Below, one piece after another: positions 18,828 to 29,185 of a DNA stretch of 64,000 nt. The notes below the pieces were generated by a model. It made no database searches. It was not told where the DNA came from and saw only the letters and a program-made list of their open reading frames with translations. Source of the stretch: Eubacteriales bacterium (GTDB lineage Bacteria > Bacillota > Clostridia > Christensenellales > UMGS416); contig JBFLKU010000006.1 in the NCBI GenBank assembly GCA_040883315.1, positions 5,465 through 69,464 on the forward strand, in the 5' to 3' direction. A program made the position numbers and the translations under genes. Every line of letters begins with the position of its first letter. Within the stretch, counting starts at the first letter, position 1.

Positions 18828-19376
18828 ATGAATAATCAAAATAACAAAAATTTTTCAGTTAAGAAGCTAACTGTGTCAGCTATTTTCATTGCACTGATAT
18901 CTCTATTAACATCATTTTCATTTGCAATTCCGGGAGGACATGGCTACATACATCTGGGTGATAGTATGATATATACCTGCGCTTGGGCATTGGGCGGACC
19001 GATTGCGGGGATTGTAAGTGCGCTTGGGTCTGCGTTGACAGATGTCATGCTAGGATATACGCAGTATGTACCAGCAACATTAATAATAAAGTTTTTAATG
19101 GGGTACGTTGCTTATCTTATAATGAAAGCGTTCAAGTATAGATATTTTGCAGATATTTTGGCTATGATAGTATCTTCTATTATTATGGTTGCGGGCTACA
19201 CCTTTTTTGAATATCTATTAGATAAAGCAGGTGCTGTTGCTGTTATAGTTCCGAATTTAATTCAGGCCGTAGGAGGCGTGGTGACAGGGGCGGCTGTGAT
19301 TTTATTATTGGATAACATCTCTGCATTTTCACCATATATCTTATGGAAGGCAAACAAAGAAGATGAGCGGAATTAA
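18828..19376 (+). CDS. ECF transporter S component
   Basis: GYIHLGD, G.IAG...LGSALTD..GY..Y.PATLIIK, N.IQ. Confidence 0.85.
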   Translation: MNNQNNKNFSVKKLTVSAIFIALISLLTSFSFAIPGGHGYIHLGDSMIYTCAWALGGPIAGIVSALGSALTDVMLGYTQYVPATLIIKFLMGYVAYLIMKAFKYRYFADILAMIVSSIIMVAGYTFFEYLLDKAGAVAVIVPNLIQAVGGVVTGAAVILLLDNISAFSPYILWKANKEDERN

Positions 19377-20088
19377 ACTGACAGTATTGGGGAATCGCGG
19401 CGGATACCCCGGGCTGTATGAGGCATGCTCTGGATATCTGGTGGAAACAGCCAAGACAAAAATACTGCTGGACTGCGGCAGTGGAGTATACCAAAAGCTG
19501 ATGCAGCGAATAAAACTGGAGGAGCTGGATGCAATAGTATTGAGCCATTTGCACAGTGATCATATCTCTGACGCTTTGGTTTTGCGGTATGCACTGCAGA
19601 TAAAAAAATTGCCAAAGATCAAGCTTTTTATGCCGGAAAAACCGGAAGCTGAAAGTTTTATATTAAAAAACACAAATGAATTTGATATTACAATTATTAA
19701 AGAAAATGAAAAACATAAAATAAAAGATGTGATAATGGACTTTGCAAAGGTACGCCACAGTGTGGTGTCTTATGCCACAAAAATAAAGACTGCAACCAAT
19801 GTGGTGGTGTATTCAGGCGACACAGAGTATACACCTGCAATAGGCAAATTTGCAAAGTACTGCGATCTGCTGGTGTGCGACGCAGCATTCAATGAGGACA
19901 CATATTTCAAAGGTGCACCTCATGCCAGTGCAAAGCAGGCAGCCCAGATGGCACGTGAAGCTGAGGCAGCAAAGCTTTTGCTAACACATTTCACGCCTGG
20001 TACAGACACCGAGAGACATTTGATGGATGCAAAGGGTGAATTTAAATTCACTAGCTTGGCAAAACCTGACCTGACAATAAACGTGTAG
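19363..20088 (+). CDS. MBL-fold metallo-hydrolase (RNase Z / YhfI-like)
   Basis: LDCGSG, SHLHSDH, RHSV, YSGDT, PHAS, LLLTHF. Confidence 0.85.
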   Translation: MSGIKLTVLGNRGGYPGLYEACSGYLVETAKTKILLDCGSGVYQKLMQRIKLEELDAIVLSHLHSDHISDALVLRYALQIKKLPKIKLFMPEKPEAESFILKNTNEFDITIIKENEKHKIKDVIMDFAKVRHSVVSYATKIKTATNVVVYSGDTEYTPAIGKFAKYCDLLVCDAAFNEDTYFKGAPHASAKQAAQMAREAEAAKLLLTHFTPGTDTERHLMDAKGEFKFTSLAKPDLTINV

Positions 20089-20100
20089 TGAGGCTGCAAA

Positions 20101-22299
20101 TTGGCAGTATATAGTGACGCAAAGAAAATGAGATTTGTATTAATGAAAGAGCACCCTTTATTGGGCTATGCTCTTTCTTTTATGCTAGGTGCATTTCTGG
20201 CGATAGAGCTGGATATTCCGAATATAATATTTGCAGTGATATTACTGATATCATTTTCATTTGCTGCTGTTTTCGTATTTATGCAGAAAAGATCATGGCA
20301 TTTTGCTTTGATTATATTTCTGTGTGCAGGCTATCTGCTGGCGCAAAAAAGCATACCGAGCTGGTATAGCACCAGCTATGTGCCTCCTGAGAAAAGCCAG
20401 ATAATTGGCTTTGTGGAGAGCGTGGAGGAAAAAGGATATGCCAGTGAGTTTATATTGTCCGATGTATCCATTGGGAATGAAGAGATAGAATCCAGAATAG
20501 TGGTTAAAAATGTAACAGAGCAAAGCTATGTGAAGCCGGGGCAGAAAATAGCATTCAGCGGCATTTTGGAAAAGCCTGCCGCAGCACAGCAGGAGGGCAT
20601 GTTTTCAGAAGCCAGATATTATATGACCAAGAACATTCAATACAAATGCACATTGTTCAATGCTAAAATAACAATATTGGATGACAAACCTGAAATGGTG
20701 TCTGCCAATTATAAATGGCAGGAGAAAATATATAACCAGTTGGAGAAAGACTTCAGTCAGCCTGTTTTGGGCATGATATACTCCATAGGAACTGGAAACA
20801 AGGCTTATATGAATACACAGCTATATGCAATGTGTTCTGATTTAGGCATTGCTCATATCTTTGCCATATCCGGGCTGCATATTGGTGCATTGCTCATTTT
20901 GTGGGAATTCTACTGCAAAAAGCGAAAGAAAAGATTTTTGATAAAAATAGCAGGCAGTGCAGTATTAATATTTATATTGTATATAGTGGTAGGCAGCAGA
21001 GCATCCTTGCTGCGTGCAGCCGCCATGTGGGCACTGATAGTTGTGTACCAATATATAGGCGTTAAAGGGGACATGATAGATTTTTTAGCCATGGCAATGC
21101 TCGCACTATTGTTTATGAATCCTCTATATGCTATAGACCTTGGCTTTATACTTTCTATTACATGCGTGGGAGCTATAGGATTGGTTTATATTCCCCTCCT
21201 GAAAAAATATAAAGGCAGCAAGATATTTAATTTTTATCCAATTTCCATGTTCATTGTGTCTCTGTCGATTTTGTCATTTTCATGGATAATTACAGCCAAA
21301 GCCTTTGGACAGGTGGCTGTGATGTCACCCATATGGAATGTGATATTTGTTCCCATGGTAGTGGTTTTGATAGCCATGCTGATGGGATATGCTTTCTTGT
21401 TTTACGTTCCTTTTGTAAATACCGCAGTTATTTGGATTATTGATAATTTTACTAAGCTGATAATTAAGCTGGTTGATATATGCTCAAAGATTAATTTTCA
21501 GATAGCTACACCAAAAATCAGCTTTTTTGAGGCATTATTTATCATTATAGGGTTTTTGATAGCCGCGGATATATTAATAAAAGGAAGAAGAACCCTAAGA
21601 ACGCTGATAGGCACTGCGGTGATGGGAGTGACTATTTTATTTGTTATATTCACACCGCCCAAGGAGAGGCTGGATGTATATGCAGGCTACGATGCGCCGT
21701 TTGTGTTTATATATGAGGACGGCAAATCCATAGTTATTCTGAATGAAGATGACGGCGGAATAGAGAGAGTGCTGAAGGACATAGACCAAGATACAATTGA
21801 TATTTTTATATATACAGGAAATGATATATTGGATTTAGAAGAGCTTTTAGCAGATATAGAAAGCATTGAATTTAAAGAAATTATCGTGCATAAAGATTTG
21901 ATGGAAGAGTACCAAGGCGACATACAGTATACAACAGTGGAAACAAACGAAAAAGTATCCTATGGAGATGTATCCGTAGCGATAGCACCATTTAGAGCAA
22001 ATGAAAACGCAGTAGTTCATTATTACGCGGATATAAAATATTACGAAAGACAATTTGTATATATAGACCCACTAAGGCTGCGAGAAGGTGCAATAGAAGA
22101 CTGTGAAGTAATGATATCAACAGGATGGACAAAGCAAAGAATAGAAAATGCTGTCTATGCGAAGAGCAAATATGTTATAATAAATTCCAAGGATTATTTG
22201 ATGAACGAAATAATTGCAGATGAAAATGGCATGGCAATCCCAGAGTTCAACATTAATGAATATGGGTCATTCACCTACTATCATAAGGAGAAAAAATGA
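20101..22299 (+). CDS. comEC: ComEC/Rec2 competence channel protein with a degenerate C-terminal MBL-like domain
   Basis: GIAHIFAISGLHI, RASLLRA, NPLY..DLGFILS; upstream of holA as usual. Confidence 0.85.
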   Translation: MAVYSDAKKMRFVLMKEHPLLGYALSFMLGAFLAIELDIPNIIFAVILLISFSFAAVFVFMQKRSWHFALIIFLCAGYLLAQKSIPSWYSTSYVPPEKSQIIGFVESVEEKGYASEFILSDVSIGNEEIESRIVVKNVTEQSYVKPGQKIAFSGILEKPAAAQQEGMFSEARYYMTKNIQYKCTLFNAKITILDDKPEMVSANYKWQEKIYNQLEKDFSQPVLGMIYSIGTGNKAYMNTQLYAMCSDLGIAHIFAISGLHIGALLILWEFYCKKRKKRFLIKIAGSAVLIFILYIVVGSRASLLRAAAMWALIVVYQYIGVKGDMIDFLAMAMLALLFMNPLYAIDLGFILSITCVGAIGLVYIPLLKKYKGSKIFNFYPISMFIVSLSILSFSWIITAKAFGQVAVMSPIWNVIFVPMVVVLIAMLMGYAFLFYVPFVNTAVIWIIDNFTKLIIKLVDICSKINFQIATPKISFFEALFIIIGFLIAADILIKGRRTLRTLIGTAVMGVTILFVIFTPPKERLDVYAGYDAPFVFIYEDGKSIVILNEDDGGIERVLKDIDQDTIDIFIYTGNDILDLEELLADIESIEFKEIIVHKDLMEEYQGDIQYTTVETNEKVSYGDVSVAIAPFRANENAVVHYYADIKYYERQFVYIDPLRLREGAIEDCEVMISTGWTKQRIENAVYAKSKYVIINSKDYLMNEIIADENGMAIPEFNINEYGSFTYYHKEKK

Positions 22300-23321
22300 A
22301 CTGGCAGCAGCTAGAAAAAGAAATAGAGAGCAAAAAATTTTGTGGGGCTTGTTTGCTGTATGGCGATGAGGAGCATCTGAAAGATGCTGTGATAAAAAGA
22401 ACAATAAATATAAATGTTGCTGATGGCATGCAGGACTTGAATGTCAGCAAAATAGCAGTAGATGATATAGAAAAAATAAAAGAATCAGCCGATATGCTTC
22501 CCTTTATGGCGGAAAAAAGAATTGTTATTGTAGATAGCTACAAAAAATTCTATGTGCCAAAAGGACAATACAAGAGTGAGGACATGAAAGCCGCTGTAGA
22601 ACAGATAGGCGAAATAGCAGACAAAAAAAACAGCGATGCGATTATATTCTTTCTATGCAGGGGCAAGGTGGACGCCGCAAACCCGCTTTTTAAGGTATTT
22701 AAAAGCAAAGACCTGGAAGTATCCTACAACAAGATAACAGAAAAAGAAAAGGCAGAAGTACTGAAAAAAACAGCAGATGAAAACGGAATGGATATATCCA
22801 TATCTGTTATTAATTTTTTAATAAAATTCACTGGCGGAGATTTGCTGATGCTGGAAAACGAGCTGGCAAAACTTCAGGCATACAAAAAAGGTGCTATTAC
22901 TGCAAAAGATGTGGAGAGAGTATGCCATGCTAGTGCGGACTACAACGTTTTCAACATGATAAAGGCTATAGATGCCAAAAGAGAGCATGAAGCACTGAGG
23001 ATATTGAAGGACATGCTGCGAGGCGGAGAATACATAGGCGGCATAGTGTCGCTTATCGAGAGGCAATATCGTACCTATGCATTCATTGAAGATATGCAGA
23101 GCGAATTTGGCGGAAGCGTAAACTATGCGGAGATGGAAAAGCGCATAGGTGTAAAATCATTTGTTATAGAGAAAATGTATAAGCAAGGACTGAGAATAGA
23201 AAAAGAAAAGCGAGACAAAATATTGAGAATGTGCACAGATGCAGACTATCTGGCAAAGCGAGGAAAGATAAACGACGAAGCTGCGCTGGAAAATCTGGTT
23301 ATTAATCTGATGGCACAGTAG
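22296..23321 (+). CDS. holA: DNA polymerase III delta subunit
   Basis: LLYGDEEHL, LPFMAEKRIVIV, LENELAKL, D...K.G; comEC-holA synteny. Confidence 0.9.
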   Translation: MNWQQLEKEIESKKFCGACLLYGDEEHLKDAVIKRTININVADGMQDLNVSKIAVDDIEKIKESADMLPFMAEKRIVIVDSYKKFYVPKGQYKSEDMKAAVEQIGEIADKKNSDAIIFFLCRGKVDAANPLFKVFKSKDLEVSYNKITEKEKAEVLKKTADENGMDISISVINFLIKFTGGDLLMLENELAKLQAYKKGAITAKDVERVCHASADYNVFNMIKAIDAKREHEALRILKDMLRGGEYIGGIVSLIERQYRTYAFIEDMQSEFGGSVNYAEMEKRIGVKSFVIEKMYKQGLRIEKEKRDKILRMCTDADYLAKRGKINDEAALENLVINLMAQ

Positions 23322-23329
23322 GAGGAACC

Positions 23330-24493
23330 ATGGAAGAGAAATTAAACATTGGCTTAATAGGATATAAATTCATGGGGAAAGCACATTCCAGTGCTTTCAC
23401 GCAGCTGCCTATATATTTTGGAGAAGAATACAGAGTGAACAAGAAAATAATATGTGGCAGAAATGCGGACAGCTTGGGAAAGGCTGCACGTCAGTTTGGC
23501 TGGGAAGAGCAGGTGAAAGACTACAAAGAGCTGATAAAAAGAGACGATATAGATATTATAGATGTTACTACTCCCAGTAATTTTCATAAGGAAATAGTGA
23601 TGGAGGCATTGGAGGCAGGCAAGCATGTTTTCTGCGAAAAGCCGCTGGCACTGAATGTGGCTGATGCCAGAGAAATGCTGGAGGCTGCAAACAAAAGTGG
23701 AGTGAAGCACCAAATAGGATTCAACTATCGGTTTGTTCCTGCCATAAGACTGGCAAAGAAAATGATAGATGAAGACAGGCTGGGCAGAATATATCACTTT
23801 AGGGCAAGGTATCTGCAGGACTGGGCAACCAGCCCGGATTTCCCGCTGACATGGCGATTTGACAAAAGCATATGCGGCAGCGGAGCATTAGGAGATTTAG
23901 GAGCACATGCCATAGATTTAGCACACTTTTTGGTGGGGGATATAAAGACTGTTACAGGCATGAACGAGACGTTCATTAGGCAGAGGCCGATACTGCAGGG
24001 AGAGGGCGGGCTGGCTGCTAAGGCTGAAAAAAACGCACCATTAGGCGACGTGACGATAGACGATGCCACACTGTTCTGTGCACAGTTTGAAAACGGTGCA
24101 CTGGGCTCATTCGAAATGACAAGGTACGCAGCAGGCAACAAAAATGGAATGTTCTTTGAAGTGAATGGCGAAAAAGGCTCGGTTAAATTTTTCTTTGAAA
24201 GAATGAATGAGCTGATGTACTGCGACTATACAAATGAGAACGAGACACAGGGCTTCACTAGAATACAGACAACAGATTCTATGCATAGCTATGCGAAGTA
24301 TTATTATCCGGCAGGGCATGTGATAGGATATGGCGATACATTTACTTGCGAAATGTATGAATTTATAAAGGCTATAAAGGAAAACACAAAGGCTATGCCG
24401 GGCTTCGAAGATGGCGTGAAGACTGCACAGGTGATGGATGCAGTGGATTTATCTATAGCAAATAGAGCATGGGTCAACGTTAAAGAAATATAG
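23330..24493 (+). CDS. Gfo/Idh/MocA-family oxidoreductase
   Basis: IGLIGYKFMGKAHS, HVFCEKP, GFNYRF, GALGDLGAH. Confidence 0.9.
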   Translation: MEEKLNIGLIGYKFMGKAHSSAFTQLPIYFGEEYRVNKKIICGRNADSLGKAARQFGWEEQVKDYKELIKRDDIDIIDVTTPSNFHKEIVMEALEAGKHVFCEKPLALNVADAREMLEAANKSGVKHQIGFNYRFVPAIRLAKKMIDEDRLGRIYHFRARYLQDWATSPDFPLTWRFDKSICGSGALGDLGAHAIDLAHFLVGDIKTVTGMNETFIRQRPILQGEGGLAAKAEKNAPLGDVTIDDATLFCAQFENGALGSFEMTRYAAGNKNGMFFEVNGEKGSVKFFFERMNELMYCDYTNENETQGFTRIQTTDSMHSYAKYYYPAGHVIGYGDTFTCEMYEFIKAIKENTKAMPGFEDGVKTAQVMDAVDLSIANRAWVNVKEI

Positions 24494-24509
24494 AAAAACC
24501 GAAATGATA

Positions 24510-24542
24510 AAAGAGCTGTACATAATGTATGTACAGCTCTTT
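24510..24542. terminator. Bidirectional terminator
   Basis: Perfect 15-bp inverted repeat AAAGAGCTGTACATA-atg-TATGTACAGCTCTTT between convergent genes. Confidence 0.85.
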
Positions 24543-24559
24543 GCTTTGCGCTTTTGTTT

Positions 24560-26611
24560 TTATCGCGCCACTTCGTCTCGCAGGTCGGCGCCTGTGAACT
24601 GTGAATTATAAAGGTCAGCGTAGAATCCTTTTTGTGCCATCAGAGCTTCGTGGTTGCCCTGTTCTATCACTTCGCCTTCGTTCATCACCAGTATTGTGCT
24701 GGCGTCTTTTATTGTTGACAGTCTATGGGCTATTACGAAGTTTGTTCTGCCCTCCATTAGTGCTATCATTGCGTTTTGTATATATGCCTCTGTTCTGGTG
24801 TCCACGCTGCTGGTGGCTTCATCCAGTATCAGTATTTTTGGGTCTGCCAGCAGTGCACGCGCTATCGTCAGAAGCTGACGCTGTCCTTGTGATATGTTAG
24901 TTGCGTCTTCTTTGAGCACTGTGTCGTATCCGCCGGGAAGTGTCCTGATGAAGTGATCAGCATGCGCCATCTTTGCACATCTGATTATATCTTCTTCTGT
25001 AGCGTCAGGGTTTCCATAGGCTATGTTTTCGCGGATTGTGCCATTGAATAGCCATGTGTCCTGCAGCACCATTCCAAACTCCTTGCGAAGCTCGTTTCTG
25101 GAAAGCTCTGTGGTGTCTATGCCGTCTACTGTTATTTTGCCTTCGTCTATTTCATAGAAACGCATCAGCAGGTTTATTAATGTTGTTTTGCCTGCGCCTG
25201 TAGGTCCTACAATGGCTATGGTGTCTCCCGGTGCTACGTTCAGGTTCATATCCTTTATAATTGTCTTATTCTCTTCATAGCCGAATTTCACATGCTCAAA
25301 TGTAACTGAGCCCTTGGTATCTTTCAACACTTTTGAAACTGCAGGGTCTGCTATTTGCTCTGGTTCATCCAGTATTTCAAATACTCTCTCGGCAGCTGCC
25401 ACTGCAGACTGCATTACGTTGGCTATTTGTGCAGTTTGTGCTATTGGCTGGGTGAAGCGGCGGGAATATTGTATGAATGCCTGTACATCACCTATTGATA
25501 TTCTGCCGTTGATTACCAGAACACCGCCAACTACGCATACCAATACATAGCTCAGGTTGTTTACAAAGTTCATCAGCGGCATCATTATTCCGGACATAAA
25601 CTGCGCTTTCCAGCCCACATCATATAGTCTTTCATTTATCTCTTGGAATTTTTCCAAGGATTTTTGTTCCTGACCGAAAGCCTTAATTATCTTGTGCCCT
25701 GTGTACATTTCCTCTACGTGTCCGTTGATATTTCCTATTTCCTTTTGCTGACCTATGAAATACTTTTGGCTTTTCTTTATTATCTTTTGGCTGATAATAA
25801 CTGTTAGAGGAAGTACTATCAGGCTGATTAATGTAAGCCATCCGGAAATTGTAAGCATCATCACCAATATACCGATAATTGTTGCAAAGGCAGTGATTAC
25901 CTGTGTAACGCTTTGCTGTAGAGTATTTGATATGGTGTCTATATCGTTGGTCACTCGGCTTAGCACCTCTCCGTGTGTGCGTCCGTCAAAATATTTCAAT
26001 GGAAGTTTTGTTAGCTTCAGCTTCACTTCGTTACGCATTTTGTATACAATCCTTTGAGATGTATAGGCCATAATCAGCTGCTGAATGTAGGCTAGCAATG
26101 AGCTTACACCATATAGGCCGATAACCAGCATTATGATTTTTAATAGCCTGCTGAAATCGATGTCTACACTAACATACTGCCACAGGTTTCCGAATACTAT
26201 GCTTAGCTGTTCCTTTGTTTCTCTATCCTGAAAAACGCTAATTGCTGCATCTGGATCAGACTGCATATTTTTCAGTATATTCATGACTTCAGGATTTTCT
26301 GCCAGAGCCTGCTGTGTTTCAGGCTCGCTTAGCTTTGCTATAAACGCCTGGCTATCGAAGGTGAAGCCTTCTATTATTGTATCTGTTGCGTTTCCTAATA
26401 TTTTCGGTCCGAATATTCCAAAGACTGATGAAAATGCAGCAAGCAGCAGTACAAATATTAAAGATGTTCTTTTATCTGATAAATATCTTAATAGTCTCCT
26501 GAAAGAGTGTTTAAAGTTTTTTGGCTTTTCCACAGGGACTCCGCCGTGTCCTCCGGGACCCATGCCCCCACCACGAGGAGGTTTGACTTTTGTTTGATTT
26601 TGGTTACTCAT
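24560..26611 (-). CDS. Heterodimeric ABC exporter, consensus-Walker-B subunit (TM288-like)
   Basis: TMD plus GPTGAGKT, ISQGQRQ, ILDEATS, IAHR. Confidence 0.92.
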   Translation of the reverse strand: MSNQNQTKVKPPRGGGMGPGGHGGVPVEKPKNFKHSFRRLLRYLSDKRTSLIFVLLLAAFSSVFGIFGPKILGNATDTIIEGFTFDSQAFIAKLSEPETQQALAENPEVMNILKNMQSDPDAAISVFQDRETKEQLSIVFGNLWQYVSVDIDFSRLLKIIMLVIGLYGVSSLLAYIQQLIMAYTSQRIVYKMRNEVKLKLTKLPLKYFDGRTHGEVLSRVTNDIDTISNTLQQSVTQVITAFATIIGILVMMLTISGWLTLISLIVLPLTVIISQKIIKKSQKYFIGQQKEIGNINGHVEEMYTGHKIIKAFGQEQKSLEKFQEINERLYDVGWKAQFMSGIMMPLMNFVNNLSYVLVCVVGGVLVINGRISIGDVQAFIQYSRRFTQPIAQTAQIANVMQSAVAAAERVFEILDEPEQIADPAVSKVLKDTKGSVTFEHVKFGYEENKTIIKDMNLNVAPGDTIAIVGPTGAGKTTLINLLMRFYEIDEGKITVDGIDTTELSRNELRKEFGMVLQDTWLFNGTIRENIAYGNPDATEEDIIRCAKMAHADHFIRTLPGGYDTVLKEDATNISQGQRQLLTIARALLADPKILILDEATSSVDTRTEAYIQNAMIALMEGRTNFVIAHRLSTIKDASTILVMNEGEVIEQGNHEALMAQKGFYADLYNSQFTGADLRDEVAR

Positions 26612-26622
26612 TGTATACCTCC

Positions 26623-28356
26623 TTATTGTGCTTGTAGTTCTTCCACAGATAACTGGGAAGCAACTATCTCTTTGTATATGTCGCAGCTAGCCATCAGCTC
26701 CTTGTGGGTGCCTTGACCAACTATTTTTCCATTGTCTAGTACTATTATTCTGTCTGCGTGCATTACTGTGCTCACTCTTTGTGCTATTATGAACACTGTT
26801 GAATTTTTCGTATCTGCTTCCAGAGCCTTTCTTAGCTTGGCATCTGTTTTAAAGTCCAGTGCCGAGAAGCTATCGTCAAATATATATATTTCCGGTTTGC
26901 GTATCAGTGCTCTTGCGATTGATAGCCTTTGTTTTTGTCCACCGGAGTAGTTTGTGCCGCCTTGGGCAACAGCAGACTCTATGCCTTCATCCATTTCTGA
27001 AACAAAGTCATATGCCTGTGCTGTCTTTAGTGCAGCCATAATTTCCTCTTCTGTAGCGTCTTCTTTTCCGTAGCGGATGTTTTCTGCTATTGTGCCGTGG
27101 AAAAGATTTACCATCTGCGGAACAAAGCCTATCTTGCTGCGAAGCTCTTTTTGTGCTATGTCACGCACATTCACTCCGTCTATCAGTATCTCACCTTCCT
27201 GCGCATCATAGAACCTTGGTATCAGGTTTATAAGGGTAGATTTACCAGAGCCTGTGCCGCCGATTATAGCTGTGGTCTCACCAGGCTTTGCAGAGAATGA
27301 AATATTGCTGACTGCACATTCTGATGCACCATGGAATCTGAAACATACGTCTTTGAATTCCACATATCCTCTTTGGCTGTCTGCCTTTATAGGTATGCCA
27401 GCCTCTATTATCTCTTGCTCCATATCCAGCACTTCGTTTATTCTCTTTGCTGATGCACTGGCACGAGGCAGCATCACAAACATCATGGTCGCCATTATAA
27501 GTGACATCATTATCTGCATCACATATTGCTGGAATGCCATCATGTCGCCTATTTCCAGTCCGCCGTTTTGTATGCGATGTGAGCCAAACCATATGATTGC
27601 AACTGTTGTAATATTGAGTATCAGCATGATAGCCGGTATCAGTATACCCATCAGTTTATATACTTTTATTGAAGTATCTGTTAAGTCCTTATTAGACTCA
27701 TCAAATCTTTTTATTTCATATTCTTTTTTGTTAAACGCTCTGATTACTCGGATACCTGTCAGGCTTTCTCTAAGCACTAGGTTTACTCTGTCTATCTTTA
27801 GCTGTAAAGACTTAAACAGATTGATTGCCTTTGTGCCGACGAGCCCAATAAGTATGCCCATGGCCGCAACAACAGCTACTATTATCCAAGATAATGGCTT
27901 GTCTTTCTGTACTGCCAGGAACACGCCGCCTATGGCTGTGATGGGTGCTGCCAGCAGCATAGTCAGCATCATAACATATACATTAAGAAGCTGTGTAACG
28001 TCGTTTGTGCTTCTTGTTATCAATGAAGCTGTGCCTATTTTGTCAAACTCGTGCAGTGAATAGTTGGTAACTTTGTCGAAGATTGCACCTCTTATATCCT
28101 TTGCCATGCCTACTGCGGTTCTGGATGCAAAATATCTTGCAACTATTGTACATATGCTTACAATCAATGTGAATGCCAGCATTATTCCGCCAGTTTTTAT
28201 TATATAGGCGATGTCTTGGTTAAATACGCCTTCGTCTATTATATCCGACATTAAGTTCGGAAGATAAAGCTGACTGATGGCTTGAACAAATGTGAAAGCA
28301 ACAACCAAAATTGCCTGCAATTTGTAAGGTTTAAAAAACCTAAATAATTTTCCCAT
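26623..28356 (-). CDS. Heterodimeric ABC exporter, degenerate subunit (TM287-like)
   Basis: TMD plus GGTGSGKS, YSGGQKQR, FDDSFS (Glu to Asp), IAQR (His to Gln). Confidence 0.92.
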   Translation of the reverse strand: MGKLFRFFKPYKLQAILVVAFTFVQAISQLYLPNLMSDIIDEGVFNQDIAYIIKTGGIMLAFTLIVSICTIVARYFASRTAVGMAKDIRGAIFDKVTNYSLHEFDKIGTASLITRSTNDVTQLLNVYVMMLTMLLAAPITAIGGVFLAVQKDKPLSWIIVAVVAAMGILIGLVGTKAINLFKSLQLKIDRVNLVLRESLTGIRVIRAFNKKEYEIKRFDESNKDLTDTSIKVYKLMGILIPAIMLILNITTVAIIWFGSHRIQNGGLEIGDMMAFQQYVMQIMMSLIMATMMFVMLPRASASAKRINEVLDMEQEIIEAGIPIKADSQRGYVEFKDVCFRFHGASECAVSNISFSAKPGETTAIIGGTGSGKSTLINLIPRFYDAQEGEILIDGVNVRDIAQKELRSKIGFVPQMVNLFHGTIAENIRYGKEDATEEEIMAALKTAQAYDFVSEMDEGIESAVAQGGTNYSGGQKQRLSIARALIRKPEIYIFDDSFSALDFKTDAKLRKALEADTKNSTVFIIAQRVSTVMHADRIIVLDNGKIVGQGTHKELMASCDIYKEIVASQLSVEELQAQ

Positions 28357-28360
28357 TCTA

Positions 28361-28948
28361 TTATCCTTTCTGTGTTTTGCTGCTATCTGTCTTTATCGCA
28401 GTAATTGTTTTTTCCACCATCCAATTGAAATAGTCTGTTCCATCATCTGTTTTTTCCAATATAAACTTCCTCATTAAAAATCCAAAAACATTGGAAAAGA
28501 AATATTTTCTGCACATTATAGGCTCGTCTGAAATCACGCCCATATCATGCATTTTTTGAAAATATTCATCGGACAGGGTTCTTACTTTCATTTCCACTTT
28601 CGGCTTTGAGAATTCACTTATTTCCTCGCTATCTTTGTCCTTAATATGCATCTTCATCAGTTTTGCATTATCCTTATAAAGAGTGTAAAAGAATCCTGAC
28701 AATTTCTTAAGGTCGCGCTCGATATCATATGTAAGGTCTTTTTCAAAGAAGTTGATAAGAATATCCGCCTCAAAGGTGCTGTGAACAGCAACCATAAAAA
28801 GATTTCTCTTGCTTTCAAAGTGGCGAAAGAGTGTAACTTCGCTTATTCCCGCTTTGCCGGCAATGTCTTTCGTGGTTGTTGCTGCATATCCTTTGGTAGA
28901 AAACAATTCCTTTGCAGCATCTATTATTTTTTGTCTTGTATCATTCAT
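28361..28948 (-). CDS. TetR/AcrR-family transcriptional regulator
   Basis: TRQKIIDAAKELF..KGY..TT..DIA..AGISEVTLFRHF.SK; start placed at 28948 after GGAGG. Confidence 0.92.
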   Translation of the reverse strand: MNDTRQKIIDAAKELFSTKGYAATTTKDIAGKAGISEVTLFRHFESKRNLFMVAVHSTFEADILINFFEKDLTYDIERDLKKLSGFFYTLYKDNAKLMKMHIKDKDSEEISEFSKPKVEMKVRTLSDEYFQKMHDMGVISDEPIMCRKYFFSNVFGFLMRKFILEKTDDGTDYFNWMVEKTITAIKTDSSKTQKG

Positions 28949-28959
28949 TGAGCCTCCAA

Positions 28960-28983
28960 ATGTAAGTAAGTGCTTACTTACAT
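28960..28983. promoter_or_regulatory. Putative TetR operator
   Basis: Perfect 11-bp inverted repeat ATGTAAGTAAG-tg-CTTACTTACAT between the tetR -10 box and its RBS. Confidence 0.8.
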
Positions 28984-29012
28984 AATATATATTATACAAT
29001 TTGCTTTGTCAA
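28984..29012 (-). promoter_or_regulatory. Sigma-A promoter of the tetR-ABC operon
   Basis: TTGACA-17 nt-TATATT on the minus strand. Confidence 0.7.
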
Positions 29013-29129
29013 CGAATTTTGCATGAAGATTTTCTTATTATTTTCTTAATTATTGAACAGTATAGAATGGATAAAGATTAATATATTTAATATAAAATGC
29101 AATAAAAATAAATATATTTAAATATATGC

Positions 29130-29158
29130 TTGCAAAATATTAAATATTGTGATATTAT
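29130..29158 (+). promoter_or_regulatory. Sigma-A promoter of the DUF2089 operon
   Basis: TTGCAA-17 nt-TATTAT with extended TG. Confidence 0.65.
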
Positions 29159-29185
29159 TTATTCAATAATTGAATGGAGGGAAGT

